From an uncultured delta proteobacterium (lineage in GTDB: Bacteria > Myxococcota_A > Polyangia > Polyangiales > Houyiibacteriaceae), in assembly GCA_963699755.1 (NCBI GenBank), contig CAVOVB010000007.1, positions 288,001 to 352,000 on the forward strand: 64,000 nt of DNA, read 5' to 3'. Below, piece after piece: positions 27,710 to 37,346 of this stretch. A program made the position numbers and the translations under genes. Below the pieces are notes generated by a model. That model searched no databases and was not told where the DNA came from. It saw only the letters and a program-made list of their open reading frames with translations. Each line of letters begins with the position of its first letter. The first letter of the stretch is position 1.

Positions 27710-29482
27710 ATGAGGCTGTGCCGATCGCAGCGCTGGGCTGCCCCCTTGCTGATGCTCGTTTCCGGGGCGCTGATGTCGGGTTGCTCGGGACGCAAGCAGG
27801 TTCCGTTCGGTCTGCGCGACGCAGGCCAGGACGCGAGCCAGGACGCGAACCCGGAGTCCAACGAGCTTTCGGCTGAAGTCGAAGAGGCAGCGCCCGAGCT
27901 GCTGGTCGGCACAACCTTCGCGCCGGACCAGGTCGAAGTTCAGGTCGCAGAGTCCACGCTGGTCTTACAAGTGGGCTACGCGCTGGCAGCCCTGCAATTG
28001 GATCTCGACGGGAGCGAACCGGTCGACGCCCTGGTCGTCTCCGCGGATTTGCAGGAAGTGCGGCTCCAAGCAGCCTACCCCCGCGGTCTCGAGGTCTCCT
28101 CTCGGCCGATCGACTCCTTCCTCGTGCCTGCTGATTGCCTCGAACCGACTGCAGGAATCCAAAAGCTCTCGGGTTCCCTGGTCGTGGTTCGCGTCGAGCA
28201 CAGCTGCGAGACAGGAAAGCGAACGAACCTCTGGCTCGTGACGATCGAAGCCCAACCCCGTGTCAGAGAACGGATCACCGTCTTGCCTCCTAATGAGCAA
28301 TCGAGCGCGACGATCGAGATCGAGCTCGCCGTCGAGGATCGCGATGCTGATGGCTACGACGATGTCGTCGCAAACCTTCATATCGGCGAGACAGACATCC
28401 CTTTGGCGTGGCTGAATAGGCCGGGTGGCTTCGCAAGAGACGTTTCCCAGCCAGAGGCAAGCCTCCAAGTGCTTGCCGACAGTGCCTGGCATGCCCTTCG
28501 ATCGGATCCAGCCAGCGCGAATAGGCGAGCGCTTGCGGTTCTCGACGCGTTCGTTGCAATGTGTCGCGAAAGCGGCGTCGCTCGAGTGGGGCTTTCCGGG
28601 ACGGAGGGCCTGCAGTGTCAGCACTCACCCGCAACCGCGCGGGCGGTTTCGGTCGCGATAGCCTCGGCGATTCGTCAGGGAAGCTTCGTTCGAGCCCTTG
28701 AGCTGCATCGCTGGTGGCAGAATCCGGCAATTCAGCCGAGCCCCGAAGAACAAGACCTGGTCCAAGCGGCATGGCGAAAAGCAAGGGCCAAATCCGTGGC
28801 GACTTGGCAGGCGATCGACAGCGAGGGCCCCCAAGCGTCGCTCTTCTTCCGAGACGACGACCACTTGGTGATCGACGGAAGAGCGCCCCGCGAAGTGCAA
28901 CTAAGCTCCGGGGCCAGGACGCGGCTCTCGGAAGCAGAGCTCGTCCCAGCCATTCGCGATCCAAGTGGACGATTCACCGTTCGGGGAGTGCGCGCAACCT
29001 GCGCGGGCTTCGAGGCAGAGCTCGGTCCCATTCGGAGCAAGCAGAGCCATCGAGTTTCCATCGACAAGCGCTCCGGCAAGACACCCTGCAGAGCTCCGAT
29101 CGATCGGCCGGCGACCGTATTCGAGTGGGCGGTGCTCGGCTGGGCGCCGCAAGGCTTGGTCGCGGCGTCGGGCGACTTGCTCCGGGTCGTCCCACTCAAC
29201 GAGCTCGCGAAACCGGCAGGCCGCCCGATCGACCTGAGCACCACGAGCCCCTTGCCTGCACCGATTCGCGGCGCCCGTGTCACCCCCGACGGTGCGCGCT
29301 ACGTTATCCCCCATGCCGAGGGCGTGGTCGTGCGCGACTGGCGCAAAGGCGGCTTGGGGCTCTGGCTGCGACCGGCGGACTGGGACGCGGTTCCAGGCGA
29401 GCTCAGGAGCATCGCCATTAGCCCTAGCGGTCGAAAGATCGCCCTACAGAAAGGCAATGACATCCGGCTTCTCAGCTGGTAG
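27710..29482 (+). CDS. Hypothetical lipoprotein with C-terminal beta-propeller-like segment
   Basis: MSGC lipobox; D.DGS and DRDADGYDD loops; VTPDG and ISPSG blade-like motifs. Confidence 0.65.
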   Translation: MRLCRSQRWAAPLLMLVSGALMSGCSGRKQVPFGLRDAGQDASQDANPESNELSAEVEEAAPELLVGTTFAPDQVEVQVAESTLVLQVGYALAALQLDLDGSEPVDALVVSADLQEVRLQAAYPRGLEVSSRPIDSFLVPADCLEPTAGIQKLSGSLVVVRVEHSCETGKRTNLWLVTIEAQPRVRERITVLPPNEQSSATIEIELAVEDRDADGYDDVVANLHIGETDIPLAWLNRPGGFARDVSQPEASLQVLADSAWHALRSDPASANRRALAVLDAFVAMCRESGVARVGLSGTEGLQCQHSPATARAVSVAIASAIRQGSFVRALELHRWWQNPAIQPSPEEQDLVQAAWRKARAKSVATWQAIDSEGPQASLFFRDDDHLVIDGRAPREVQLSSGARTRLSEAELVPAIRDPSGRFTVRGVRATCAGFEAELGPIRSKQSHRVSIDKRSGKTPCRAPIDRPATVFEWAVLGWAPQGLVAASGDLLRVVPLNELAKPAGRPIDLSTTSPLPAPIRGARVTPDGARYVIPHAEGVVVRDWRKGGLGLWLRPADWDAVPGELRSIAISPSGRKIALQKGNDIRLLSW

Positions 29483-29494
29483 CGAGCCACGACT

Positions 29495-30772
29495 GTGACG
29501 ACGGATCCGCGATGGTATAGTGCCGGCGCATTGCGCTGCAGCCCGCAACTACTGTTGGCACTAATCGTGCTTTGGACGGTCGCCGCCTGTAGCGGCGCTC
29601 GCTCGCGTCCTTCTACGCCCTGCATGTCGGACTCGGAGTGCCGTGCAGATCGCATCTGTCACGAGGGCAAGTGCCGATTCGTCGAGGAGGTGCTGGCCGA
29701 GCTCGCGTCGGCCCCGGTTGCGCCTGACGCTGTCGAGCCGGGCGCAACGCCTCGAAGCGCAAACGGATTCATGGGAGACGCGGCGCACACCGGGCGAAGC
29801 GAGCACCGCGGCCCGGCCGCGAGGCCCTCCCCCGCGTGGACCTATCAAACCGGTGCCCGAGTCTTTGCATCGCCGATCGTTGGAACCGACGGGACCGTCT
29901 ACGTGGGCTCATTAGACGGGCAATTCGTCGCCTTGAATCCGGACGGCTCGCTGAAGTGGAGGTACTCGGCTGGGCAGAAGATCTACCCGAGTGCGCTGGT
30001 CGCAGGCTCTTCGATCATCTTCGGAACGCACGAGCGAGAGCTGGTTTCGCTTTCGCTCCAAGGGCAACCCCGCTGGAAGCTTCCCCTTCAGGATGTGGTG
30101 GACGCATCTGCGACCCTCGGCCCCGACGGACGAATCTACCTCGTGGCCAATGGTGCTTACGCTGTCGATCTCCTCGGACGCCTGCACTGGCACAGACCGA
30201 CTGCCGACCACGTCCGGAGCGCTCCGGTGATCCACCCATCACGCCTGATCATCATCGGCACCATCGAAGGCTTGCTCCTGGCGCTTCGGCCAGATGGATC
30301 TCTCGCCTGGTCGGTACAGCTCGGCGGTGCCATCGAGGGCGCGTCATCGGTCGACGACGAGGGTCGCATCCACACGGGCACCGTCCGCGGGGAGATCGTC
30401 CAGGTCGATCAGGAGGGAAGCATTCGCTGGAGATTCAAGACGGGCGACGAGGTCCGGGCGACGCCAGCAATTGCACGAAATGGCACGATAGTGGTCGGCT
30501 CGTACGATGGCAATGTCTATGCCATAAGCCCCTCGGGCGCTCTCCGCTGGAAGGTCGCCACCGGAGGCCGAGTACGCGCCTCAGCCCGAATCGATGCGGA
30601 TGGTCGCATCTACGTGGGCTCCCAAGACAACTTCCTCTACTGCATCGACCCCAGCGGTTCTGTGCTCTGGCGATACAACGTCGGCCAGGATGTCGACTCG
30701 ACGGTGGACATTGGATCCGACGGCACACTGTACTTCGGATCCGACGACGGCGGGGTTCACGCCCTGCGATAG
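29495..30772 (+). CDS. PQQ-type beta-propeller repeat lipoprotein (BamB-like repeats) with small Cys-rich N-domain
   Basis: VAAC lipobox; C..DSEC..DRIC..GKC; about 8 SP...DG.vYvGS.DG..yAl...G..kW repeats. Confidence 0.85.
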   Translation: MTTDPRWYSAGALRCSPQLLLALIVLWTVAACSGARSRPSTPCMSDSECRADRICHEGKCRFVEEVLAELASAPVAPDAVEPGATPRSANGFMGDAAHTGRSEHRGPAARPSPAWTYQTGARVFASPIVGTDGTVYVGSLDGQFVALNPDGSLKWRYSAGQKIYPSALVAGSSIIFGTHERELVSLSLQGQPRWKLPLQDVVDASATLGPDGRIYLVANGAYAVDLLGRLHWHRPTADHVRSAPVIHPSRLIIIGTIEGLLLALRPDGSLAWSVQLGGAIEGASSVDDEGRIHTGTVRGEIVQVDQEGSIRWRFKTGDEVRATPAIARNGTIVVGSYDGNVYAISPSGALRWKVATGGRVRASARIDADGRIYVGSQDNFLYCIDPSGSVLWRYNVGQDVDSTVDIGSDGTLYFGSDDGGVHALR

Positions 30773-30774
30773 AA

Positions 30775-33186
30775 ATGATGAACGAAGAAATTCCCGAGAG
30801 AAACGAGATTCTGCAAGTACTGCAGACACACAGCCCGCGCGCCATGCACGTGGGTGAGCTATGCGGACGGCTCGATATTCCGCGCAAGGCCAAGGACGAA
30901 GTCGTCCGGCGCCTGCTCTTGCTCGCCGACGAAAACCTCGTCACGGAATTGCCGGGTCTGCGGTTCCGCGCGCTCGCCGGTTCAAAGAATGAAAAACGTG
31001 GGCGCGAGCAGGCCAAGGGGAGTCGTGGCCGCGGTCACAAGGCCAGAGAGCGACAAGCGGTGGCCGTGACGGTCACCCCTCCGATCGAGGGCCGGCTGAC
31101 GATGACCCGGCAAGGCTACGGCTTCGTCAAAGTCTACGACGGCAGCGCCGACGTTTTCATCCCGCCCGATGCGGTGGGCCCTGCACTGCACGGCGACACC
31201 GTTCAGCTCCGGGCGAAACCATCGACGAAGGGGCGCGATGGGCACATCGTCGGGATCGTCGAGCGGCGGCCGAAAGAGGTGACTGGAACGTTGCACCCGC
31301 GCGGCCGCGGGATGAGCTTCGAGCCCGATGACGACCGACTACCATCACCGATGCGGGTCGTCGGAAGGGTTCCGAAATCCGTCAAGAAGGGCGACGTGAT
31401 TCTCGCAGAGATCGTTACCTTCCCCCAGCGGAGAGAAGATAGGCCCGAGATTCGGATCCTGGAGGTGCTGGGCGCACAGGGCGTTGCACGAATCGAGGTC
31501 GAGAAGATCAAGATCCGTGATGGCATCCGAGAAGCGTTTCCCGAGGACGTCGAGTTGGAAGCCGCCGCACTGCCCGCACGCGTGGATCGCGATGTCGCGC
31601 GCGATCGTGAAGACCTACGAGACGTCGACTTGGTGACGATCGATCCCGAAACCGCGCGAGACCACGACGACGCAATTTGGGTTGAGCGCAAGGGCAAGGG
31701 TTTTCGTCTCATTGTCGCAATCGCGGACGTGTCTCACTACGTCACCGAAGGCAGCGCGATGGATCGCGAAGCGATCAGCCGCGGCACCAGCGTCTACCTC
31801 CCAGACCGTGCGATCCCAATGCTGCCACCGGAGCTTTCGACCAACCTCGCGTCGCTCGTGCCGAACCGCGACCGACTATGCATGGCGGTCGAGATGCAGA
31901 TCGACGACAAGGGGCACGTGTCCTCGCACCGGATCTTCGAAGCCGTGATGCGGTCGCACGGCAAGCTCTACTACGAAGGCGTGGCACGCGCCCTGGGGCT
32001 CACTCAGCAGGGCCCAGCTCAGTCATCCGCCGAAAAGCGAATCGAGACACTGAAGATCCTGCTGGACCTTTCGAAGCGACTCCGCGCGCGACGCAAAAAA
32101 CGCGGTGCCCTGGATTTCGACCTTCCGGAGGGCAAGATTGTCCTGGACGAACACGGCGAACCAAAACAGATCCTCCAATCCCGCAAGGATCCGGGCGTTC
32201 GACAGGCCTACCGCATCGTCGAGGACATGATGCTGGTGACCAACGAAACCGTCGCCTCGCACATCAAGCGGCACGCCGCCCCTGGTGTGTTTCGGGTCCA
32301 CGGGAAACCGGACCCGGAACGCATCTCCATGTTTTGCCAAGTGGCGAAGTCGTTCGGATACGAGCTCGAAGAGGAATCGGCAGCCACCCCCAAGCAACTC
32401 AGTCGATTCCTGAGCCGAATCGAGGGGACCAACGAGGCGCCCCTGCTGCGCTACCTACTCCTTCGGGCGATGCAGCAGGCAACGTACGATACCGACCCTA
32501 CGACTGGGCACTTTGCACTCGCTGCAAAGGACTACCTGCACTTCACCTCTCCGATTCGACGCTATCCCGACCTGATGGTGCATCGAATCCTCCGGCACAT
32601 GATTCGAAACGAGAGCCTCGATTCAGCTTCGCTTCGGCCGCGCCTGCAGACTCTTGCCGTGCAGGCCAGCGAGTTCGAACGGCGCGCGATGATCGTGGAG
32701 CGCGACGTGATGGACGTGTACCGAGCGATCTACATGCAGGGCCACATCGGAGAAGAGTTCGACGGGCGAATCTCTGGCTTTGCGCCATTCGGAATCTACA
32801 TTCAGCTCGAAGACCCGTTCGTCAGCGTCTTGCTCCCCTTCGAGCAGCTCGAAGACAGGTACGAACCCGACGATCTGGGGATTCGCTTGATCGGGGCGCG
32901 CACCTCGAAGATATTCACGATGAACGACCCGGTCAGGGTGCGGATCGAAGACGCGAACGTGCAGGCGCGAGATGTCGTAGGCTCGCTCGTGGAGCATCAT
33001 CCCGCAGAGGCGCCCACGGAGGTGCGAAGAAGGCAGGGGCCCGCCACTCAACGGCGGCGCGGCCCGGAAGAACGAAGGCGCGTCGAACCCGAGAAGAGGC
33101 TCAGCGCGCCGAAGGGGCGGGGTGGCGCCAAGAAAGAACGGCGCGAAGAGCCGCGTAAACGACGTCGGCGCGGCAGACGGAACTGA
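30775..33186 (+). CDS. rnr: Ribonuclease R
   Basis: GYGFV, ALHGD, TIDPETARDHDDA, HFTSPIRRYPDL, S1 domain, basic tail; start at ATG 30775/30778, not 29836. Confidence 0.93.
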   Translation: MMNEEIPERNEILQVLQTHSPRAMHVGELCGRLDIPRKAKDEVVRRLLLLADENLVTELPGLRFRALAGSKNEKRGREQAKGSRGRGHKARERQAVAVTVTPPIEGRLTMTRQGYGFVKVYDGSADVFIPPDAVGPALHGDTVQLRAKPSTKGRDGHIVGIVERRPKEVTGTLHPRGRGMSFEPDDDRLPSPMRVVGRVPKSVKKGDVILAEIVTFPQRREDRPEIRILEVLGAQGVARIEVEKIKIRDGIREAFPEDVELEAAALPARVDRDVARDREDLRDVDLVTIDPETARDHDDAIWVERKGKGFRLIVAIADVSHYVTEGSAMDREAISRGTSVYLPDRAIPMLPPELSTNLASLVPNRDRLCMAVEMQIDDKGHVSSHRIFEAVMRSHGKLYYEGVARALGLTQQGPAQSSAEKRIETLKILLDLSKRLRARRKKRGALDFDLPEGKIVLDEHGEPKQILQSRKDPGVRQAYRIVEDMMLVTNETVASHIKRHAAPGVFRVHGKPDPERISMFCQVAKSFGYELEEESAATPKQLSRFLSRIEGTNEAPLLRYLLLRAMQQATYDTDPTTGHFALAAKDYLHFTSPIRRYPDLMVHRILRHMIRNESLDSASLRPRLQTLAVQASEFERRAMIVERDVMDVYRAIYMQGHIGEEFDGRISGFAPFGIYIQLEDPFVSVLLPFEQLEDRYEPDDLGIRLIGARTSKIFTMNDPVRVRIEDANVQARDVVGSLVEHHPAEAPTEVRRRQGPATQRRRGPEERRRVEPEKRLSAPKGRGGAKKERREEPRKRRRRGRRN

Positions 33187-34517
33187 TGGCAGCGAAGCAA
33201 CGTTCACCAGTCAGCACGGCCGAGCTGATCGTCCGAAAGCGCGAGGGCGGGAAGCTGACGAAGCAGGAGATCGACCGCCTGATCGCCGGTTTCATGAACG
33301 GCACCGTAGCCGACTATCAGATGAGCGCCTTGGCGATGGCCGTGTATTTCCAAGGCATGGACTTCGAGGAGACGGTCGACATGACCCTAGCGATGCGGGA
33401 CAGCGGCAGGGTCCTGAGCCTCGAAGAGCTCGACGCTCCGAAGGTCGACAAGCACTCGACGGGCGGGGTCGGGGATAAGGTCAGCATCTGCCTCGCCCCA
33501 ATCGTTGCTGCTTGTGGCGTGACCGTTCCGATGATCAGCGGCCGCGGGCTCGGACACACGGGCGGCACCTTGGACAAGCTCGAAGCGATTCCTGGATTTC
33601 GAGTCGACCTCACGGTACGAGAGCTCCGAGCACAGCTCCGAAAGGTCGGATGCGCGCTGATCGGCCAAACGGGCGACCTCGCGCCGGCGGACAAGCGCCT
33701 GTACGCGCTGCGGGATGTCACCGGGACGGTCGAGTCCATCCCGCTGATCACTTCGAGCATTTTGTCGAAGAAGCTCGCCGAAGGGATCGACGCGCTCGTG
33801 CTGGATGTGAAGGTGGGCAGGGGCGCTTTCATGAAATCCGAGTCGGATGCCAGGGAGCTTGCGCGATCTCTGGTACGAGTCGGGACCCTCGCCGGCAAGC
33901 GAGTCTCTGCGCTGCTGACCGACATGAACAGCCCAATTGGATATACGATCGGAAACGCGCTTGAAACTCGGGAGGCGCTCGAGATTCTTCACGGTGAAGG
34001 CCCTCACGAGCTACGGGAGCTCACCTACGCGCTTGCGGTGGAAATGCTGAGGGCCGCGGGCATTGTGAAAACCAAGTCTCAAGCGCGACGACGCATCGAG
34101 CTAGCGGTGAAGGATGGGAGTGCGCTGTTGAAAATGCGGCGGATCGTCGAAGCCCAAGGAGGAGATCCGAACGTAGTAGACACACCGGATCGGCTCGCTT
34201 TATCGCCGTACCGATCGACCATTCGAGCAACGAAAGATGGCTACATCGCGGGCATCGATCCCCTCGCCTTGGGATACGTATCGATGGGACTGGGAGCGGG
34301 CCGCGTTCGCGCCGAGGATGCAGTGGATTATGGGGCAGGAGTTCATCTGCACGTTCAGCTCGGAGATCGGGTCCGGGCTGGCGACCCACTCGCCACCTTG
34401 TATTCTTCCGAGCGAGCATTGCTGCGTCCTGGGGCTGGCCGGGCCACTCGCTCCATTCGAATCGCGAAGCGGCGCCCAACCGTGCGCGACCGGATCATGG
34501 CGACGATTCGCCGTTGA
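33186..34517 (+). CDS. deoA: Thymidine/pyrimidine-nucleoside phosphorylase
   Basis: DKHSTGGVGDK, SGRGLGHTGGTLDKLE, SILSKK, LGAGR. Confidence 0.92.
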   Translation: MAAKQRSPVSTAELIVRKREGGKLTKQEIDRLIAGFMNGTVADYQMSALAMAVYFQGMDFEETVDMTLAMRDSGRVLSLEELDAPKVDKHSTGGVGDKVSICLAPIVAACGVTVPMISGRGLGHTGGTLDKLEAIPGFRVDLTVRELRAQLRKVGCALIGQTGDLAPADKRLYALRDVTGTVESIPLITSSILSKKLAEGIDALVLDVKVGRGAFMKSESDARELARSLVRVGTLAGKRVSALLTDMNSPIGYTIGNALETREALEILHGEGPHELRELTYALAVEMLRAAGIVKTKSQARRRIELAVKDGSALLKMRRIVEAQGGDPNVVDTPDRLALSPYRSTIRATKDGYIAGIDPLALGYVSMGLGAGRVRAEDAVDYGAGVHLHVQLGDRVRAGDPLATLYSSERALLRPGAGRATRSIRIAKRRPTVRDRIMATIRR

Positions 34518-35880
34518 TCTTGCAGCCCCCTGCGGCCTGCGCGCCGATCTGCTCACGAAGACCGCGGTAGGCGGGCGCATCTACGTAGCTGGTATCGGGG
34601 AAGTCGGATCGCGCGGCGTATTGCTGGCCAAGCTCTTCGATGAAATCCGCACCGCTGGCGCGATCCAAATCAGCGAGCACGCGCCTGGCGCTGACCGGTT
34701 CCACCTCGCCGCCCCAGTCGCGTTGCGCTTCGCTGAGCGCGCTGAGAAGCGTTCGCTTTCCACCGCTGGCAAGCCGAAGCCGGACATCTGTTTCCAGAGC
34801 GAACGCCGTTCCTGCCCAATAGACGCGTTGATAGGCGCCAGTCTGGTGCATCCTGAGGCTCTCGTCTGCGAGCGGGCGCCCAGAGCCCGAACGCCGGCCG
34901 CGCTCGAAACCTTCATGGATGCGCCTCCAAGCCTGCTCGCTGCTCTGGAGGCCGCAGCGCGCTCGGAGCACTTCCTGTAGGTACGTCGCGATTCCTTCGG
35001 AAAGCCAGCGGCCGTCTGCCTGCAGTCTGGGTAGCCAGAGATGCGAGAGCTCGTGAATCGCAACCCAATCCGATTCGAGCTCAGGCGCTTCGGCATCCAT
35101 CGACGGACGGAGGAGAACCGAGGTACCACCTCCGCGTCGGACCATCCCGAAGGCGACCTCGCTCCCCCCATCGTCGACTGGCGCAATCACAAAGAGCAGG
35201 CGATCGCGAGGAAAACGACCCCCGACGAACGCTGTGGTCTGCATGGCGCGAATGAGCCAGCGGCGAATGTCTGCTTCAGGCGGTCTCGTCCCGAGATGCA
35301 CGACTTCGACCTGCGTGTTCGCAACCGAGAATGCCTGTCGATCGAAGACCCCGAACACAGCGAAGGACTCTACGAACAAAGCGCTTCGCTCCGGCTGGAA
35401 TACGCCGTTGGAGTCGCGCCAGGGCAAGGATGCTCGTCCGCCACCAGGGAGCACGAACCGTATCGATGCGTTCACCTCACTTGGAAAGGGATTGGGGCGC
35501 CACAGCCATTGTGCCTGGGAAAGGACCGCTACGGAGGAATTGGCAAGTCCCGACCATCGAGGCTCGAAGCGGGTTTCGTATTCAATGCAGCTTGAGGTCG
35601 AGACGCGATTCAAGAGAATTCGCCCGTCTCGCGTCTCCAGCGCGACGCCATCGACCCAGGCGCCTCGCAACTGCCGCGCGGCGGCCGAGTTCATGGGCTC
35701 CAAGGCAGCCAATGGCAGGCTTTTGAAGCATGCGTGAACTCGAGCGCCGTCAAGCTCGTCAAAGATTGTAACCGAGTAGTGAGCGATCGCACTCGAATGT
35801 AGCTGTTTGGGAGGGGGATTCATACGATGCGCGCATGCAACCAGGCAAGCTAACCCTGCGACTCTCCCAACGCGCATCAT
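34495..35880 (-). CDS. Putative gluzincin zinc metallopeptidase (M1/M61-like), predicted lipoprotein
   Basis: LVAC lipobox; HELSH followed by WLSEGIATY; downstream RVYW.G. Confidence 0.7.
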   Translation of the reverse strand: MMRVGRVAGLACLVACAHRMNPPPKQLHSSAIAHYSVTIFDELDGARVHACFKSLPLAALEPMNSAAARQLRGAWVDGVALETRDGRILLNRVSTSSCIEYETRFEPRWSGLANSSVAVLSQAQWLWRPNPFPSEVNASIRFVLPGGGRASLPWRDSNGVFQPERSALFVESFAVFGVFDRQAFSVANTQVEVVHLGTRPPEADIRRWLIRAMQTTAFVGGRFPRDRLLFVIAPVDDGGSEVAFGMVRRGGGTSVLLRPSMDAEAPELESDWVAIHELSHLWLPRLQADGRWLSEGIATYLQEVLRARCGLQSSEQAWRRIHEGFERGRRSGSGRPLADESLRMHQTGAYQRVYWAGTAFALETDVRLRLASGGKRTLLSALSEAQRDWGGEVEPVSARRVLADLDRASGADFIEELGQQYAARSDFPDTSYVDAPAYRGLREQIGAQAAGGCKINGESSP

Positions 35881-35950
35881 GATCTAAGTCGTCAGAATCG
35901 ATGCGGTATCCCGCCCTCGATCGCAAGTGCTATCGAAGGAAAATTTCAAC

Positions 35951-35975
35951 GAAACATCCCGGTGTGACGGACGTA
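35951..35975 (+). promoter_or_regulatory. Possible ECF sigma promoter for the MNIO cluster
   Basis: GAAAC-N16-CGTA, fits the generic ECF AAC/CGT pattern. Confidence 0.35.
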
Positions 35976-36146
35976 GAGACTGTCATGACGCACGCTTTGC
36001 TTTTGGATTGCGATCCGGGATGGCTTTGGCTAGCGTGGCAGCATTCAAACTGGGGTATGGGATTGGTCCCGGACGTCCCGTTGCATCGACGGAGAGCTGT
36101 TTGGACGCTCACGATGCTCTGACAAACAAATAGAGGGTGAACAAAC

Positions 36147-36398
36147 ATGAACGCAGCACTCAAGCACACAATCATCGCGATGGCGACGGCGGCACTGAGC
36201 GTGACCGCCGCATGCAAGTCGGACAGTGGTCCGGAAGCCTCCGAGACCACGACCGGCGCCGAGACCGCCGCGGCGGCCAAAGAAGGCGCAGCGGAAGCCT
36301 CCTGCGGTGAGGGTAATTGTGGCGCGGCCAAGGATACAGCTACAGATGCTGCAGAGGCCTCCTGTGGCGAAGGCAGCTGCGGCGGCGCGGAGAAGTAG
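36147..36398 (+). CDS. MNIO-associated RiPP precursor (HvfA-like, ExxCG repeats) with lipoprotein signal
   Basis: 83 aa; MNAALKHTIIAMATAALSVTAAC; EASCGEGNCG and EASCGEGSCG; directly upstream of DUF692. Confidence 0.85.
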   Translation: MNAALKHTIIAMATAALSVTAACKSDSGPEASETTTGAETAAAAKEGAAEASCGEGNCGAAKDTATDAAEASCGEGSCGGAEK

Positions 36399-36442
36399 GC
36401 AAACTGGGTCGCGCTGCGCCGAATGGGGGAGCACGGCATCTA

Positions 36443-36481
36443 GAGCCGCGGCGGCGTTTGTCGCCGTGGCTCGTCGTTTTT
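36443..36481 (+). terminator. 13-bp hairpin with T-run between precursor and DUF692 gene
   Basis: gagccgcggcggc-gttt-gtcgccgtggctc then gtcgttttt. Confidence 0.6.
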
Positions 36482-36485
36482 CGGG

Positions 36486-37346
36486 ATGGGCATGAGTCCA
36501 CACGTCGCTGCAGAGGTAAGAGGAATCGGCCTCGGGTTGCGCTACGACCTCGGAACCGAGCTCTTCGAACGTCAGCCGGAGACGATTTCCTGGCTGGAGA
36601 TTCACCCCGAGAACTACCTGAATCGAGGCGGCCGCTACCAGGAGATGCTCGACCTCGCGCGTAGAGACTGGCCGATCGTCACCCATGGGCTCAGTACCTG
36701 CCTGGGCGCCCCCGAGCCGTTCGACGCGAGGTATCTGCGCGAGCTCCGAATGTTCTTGTCCGACATCGAGGTCCCTTGGCACAGCGAGCATCTGTGCCTC
36801 GGCGGAGTCGGCGACCGCTTCTTCCATGATTTGCTCCCACTGCCGTTCACGGAGGAGACGGCACGAATCGCATCTCAACGATTGATCGAGGTGAGGGATG
36901 CTATCGACCTGCCCTTGGCTTTGGAGAACGCCAGCTACTACGCGTCGCAGTGCGCGGATGGTTTGGCAGAGGCGGATTTCGTGGTCGATGTCTTGGAGCG
37001 AGCGGACGCAAAGCTGCTCTTGGACGTGAACAATATCTACGTGAACAGCCGTAACTTCGACTTCGATCCGAAAGCCTATATCGACAAGATTCCTGCGGAC
37101 CGGGTGGTTCAGATCCACGTCGCCGGTCATTTCGTTCGCGACGACGGCTTGCGTATCGACACGCATGGCGAGCCCGTGCCCGACGACGTCTACCAGCTTC
37201 TCGACTACACGCTGCGCAAGATCGGCCCGGTACCCGTCTTGCTGGAACGGGACAACAACGTGCCTCCGCTCGACGAGCTCTTGGCGGAAGTAGACGAGCT
37301 TTGGAGTATCTACCGCAACGCCACGGACGCCGATCATGCTGGCTGA
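36486..37346 (+). CDS. DUF692 multinuclear non-heme iron oxidative enzyme (MNIO; MbnB/TglH/HvfB family)
   Basis: GLGLR, WLEIHPENY, HGLS, SEHL, DLLPLP, LEN, LLLDVNNIYVN, IHVAGH, IDTH, LERD. Confidence 0.95.
   Translation: MGMSPHVAAEVRGIGLGLRYDLGTELFERQPETISWLEIHPENYLNRGGRYQEMLDLARRDWPIVTHGLSTCLGAPEPFDARYLRELRMFLSDIEVPWHSEHLCLGGVGDRFFHDLLPLPFTEETARIASQRLIEVRDAIDLPLALENASYYASQCADGLAEADFVVDVLERADAKLLLDVNNIYVNSRNFDFDPKAYIDKIPADRVVQIHVAGHFVRDDGLRIDTHGEPVPDDVYQLLDYTLRKIGPVPVLLERDNNVPPLDELLAEVDELWSIYRNATDADHAG

Noticed and set aside
29836..30774. 313-aa N-terminal extension of RNase R in the ORF track
   Set aside because: Arg-rich off-frame read-through of the PQQ-repeat gene; the real start follows its stop
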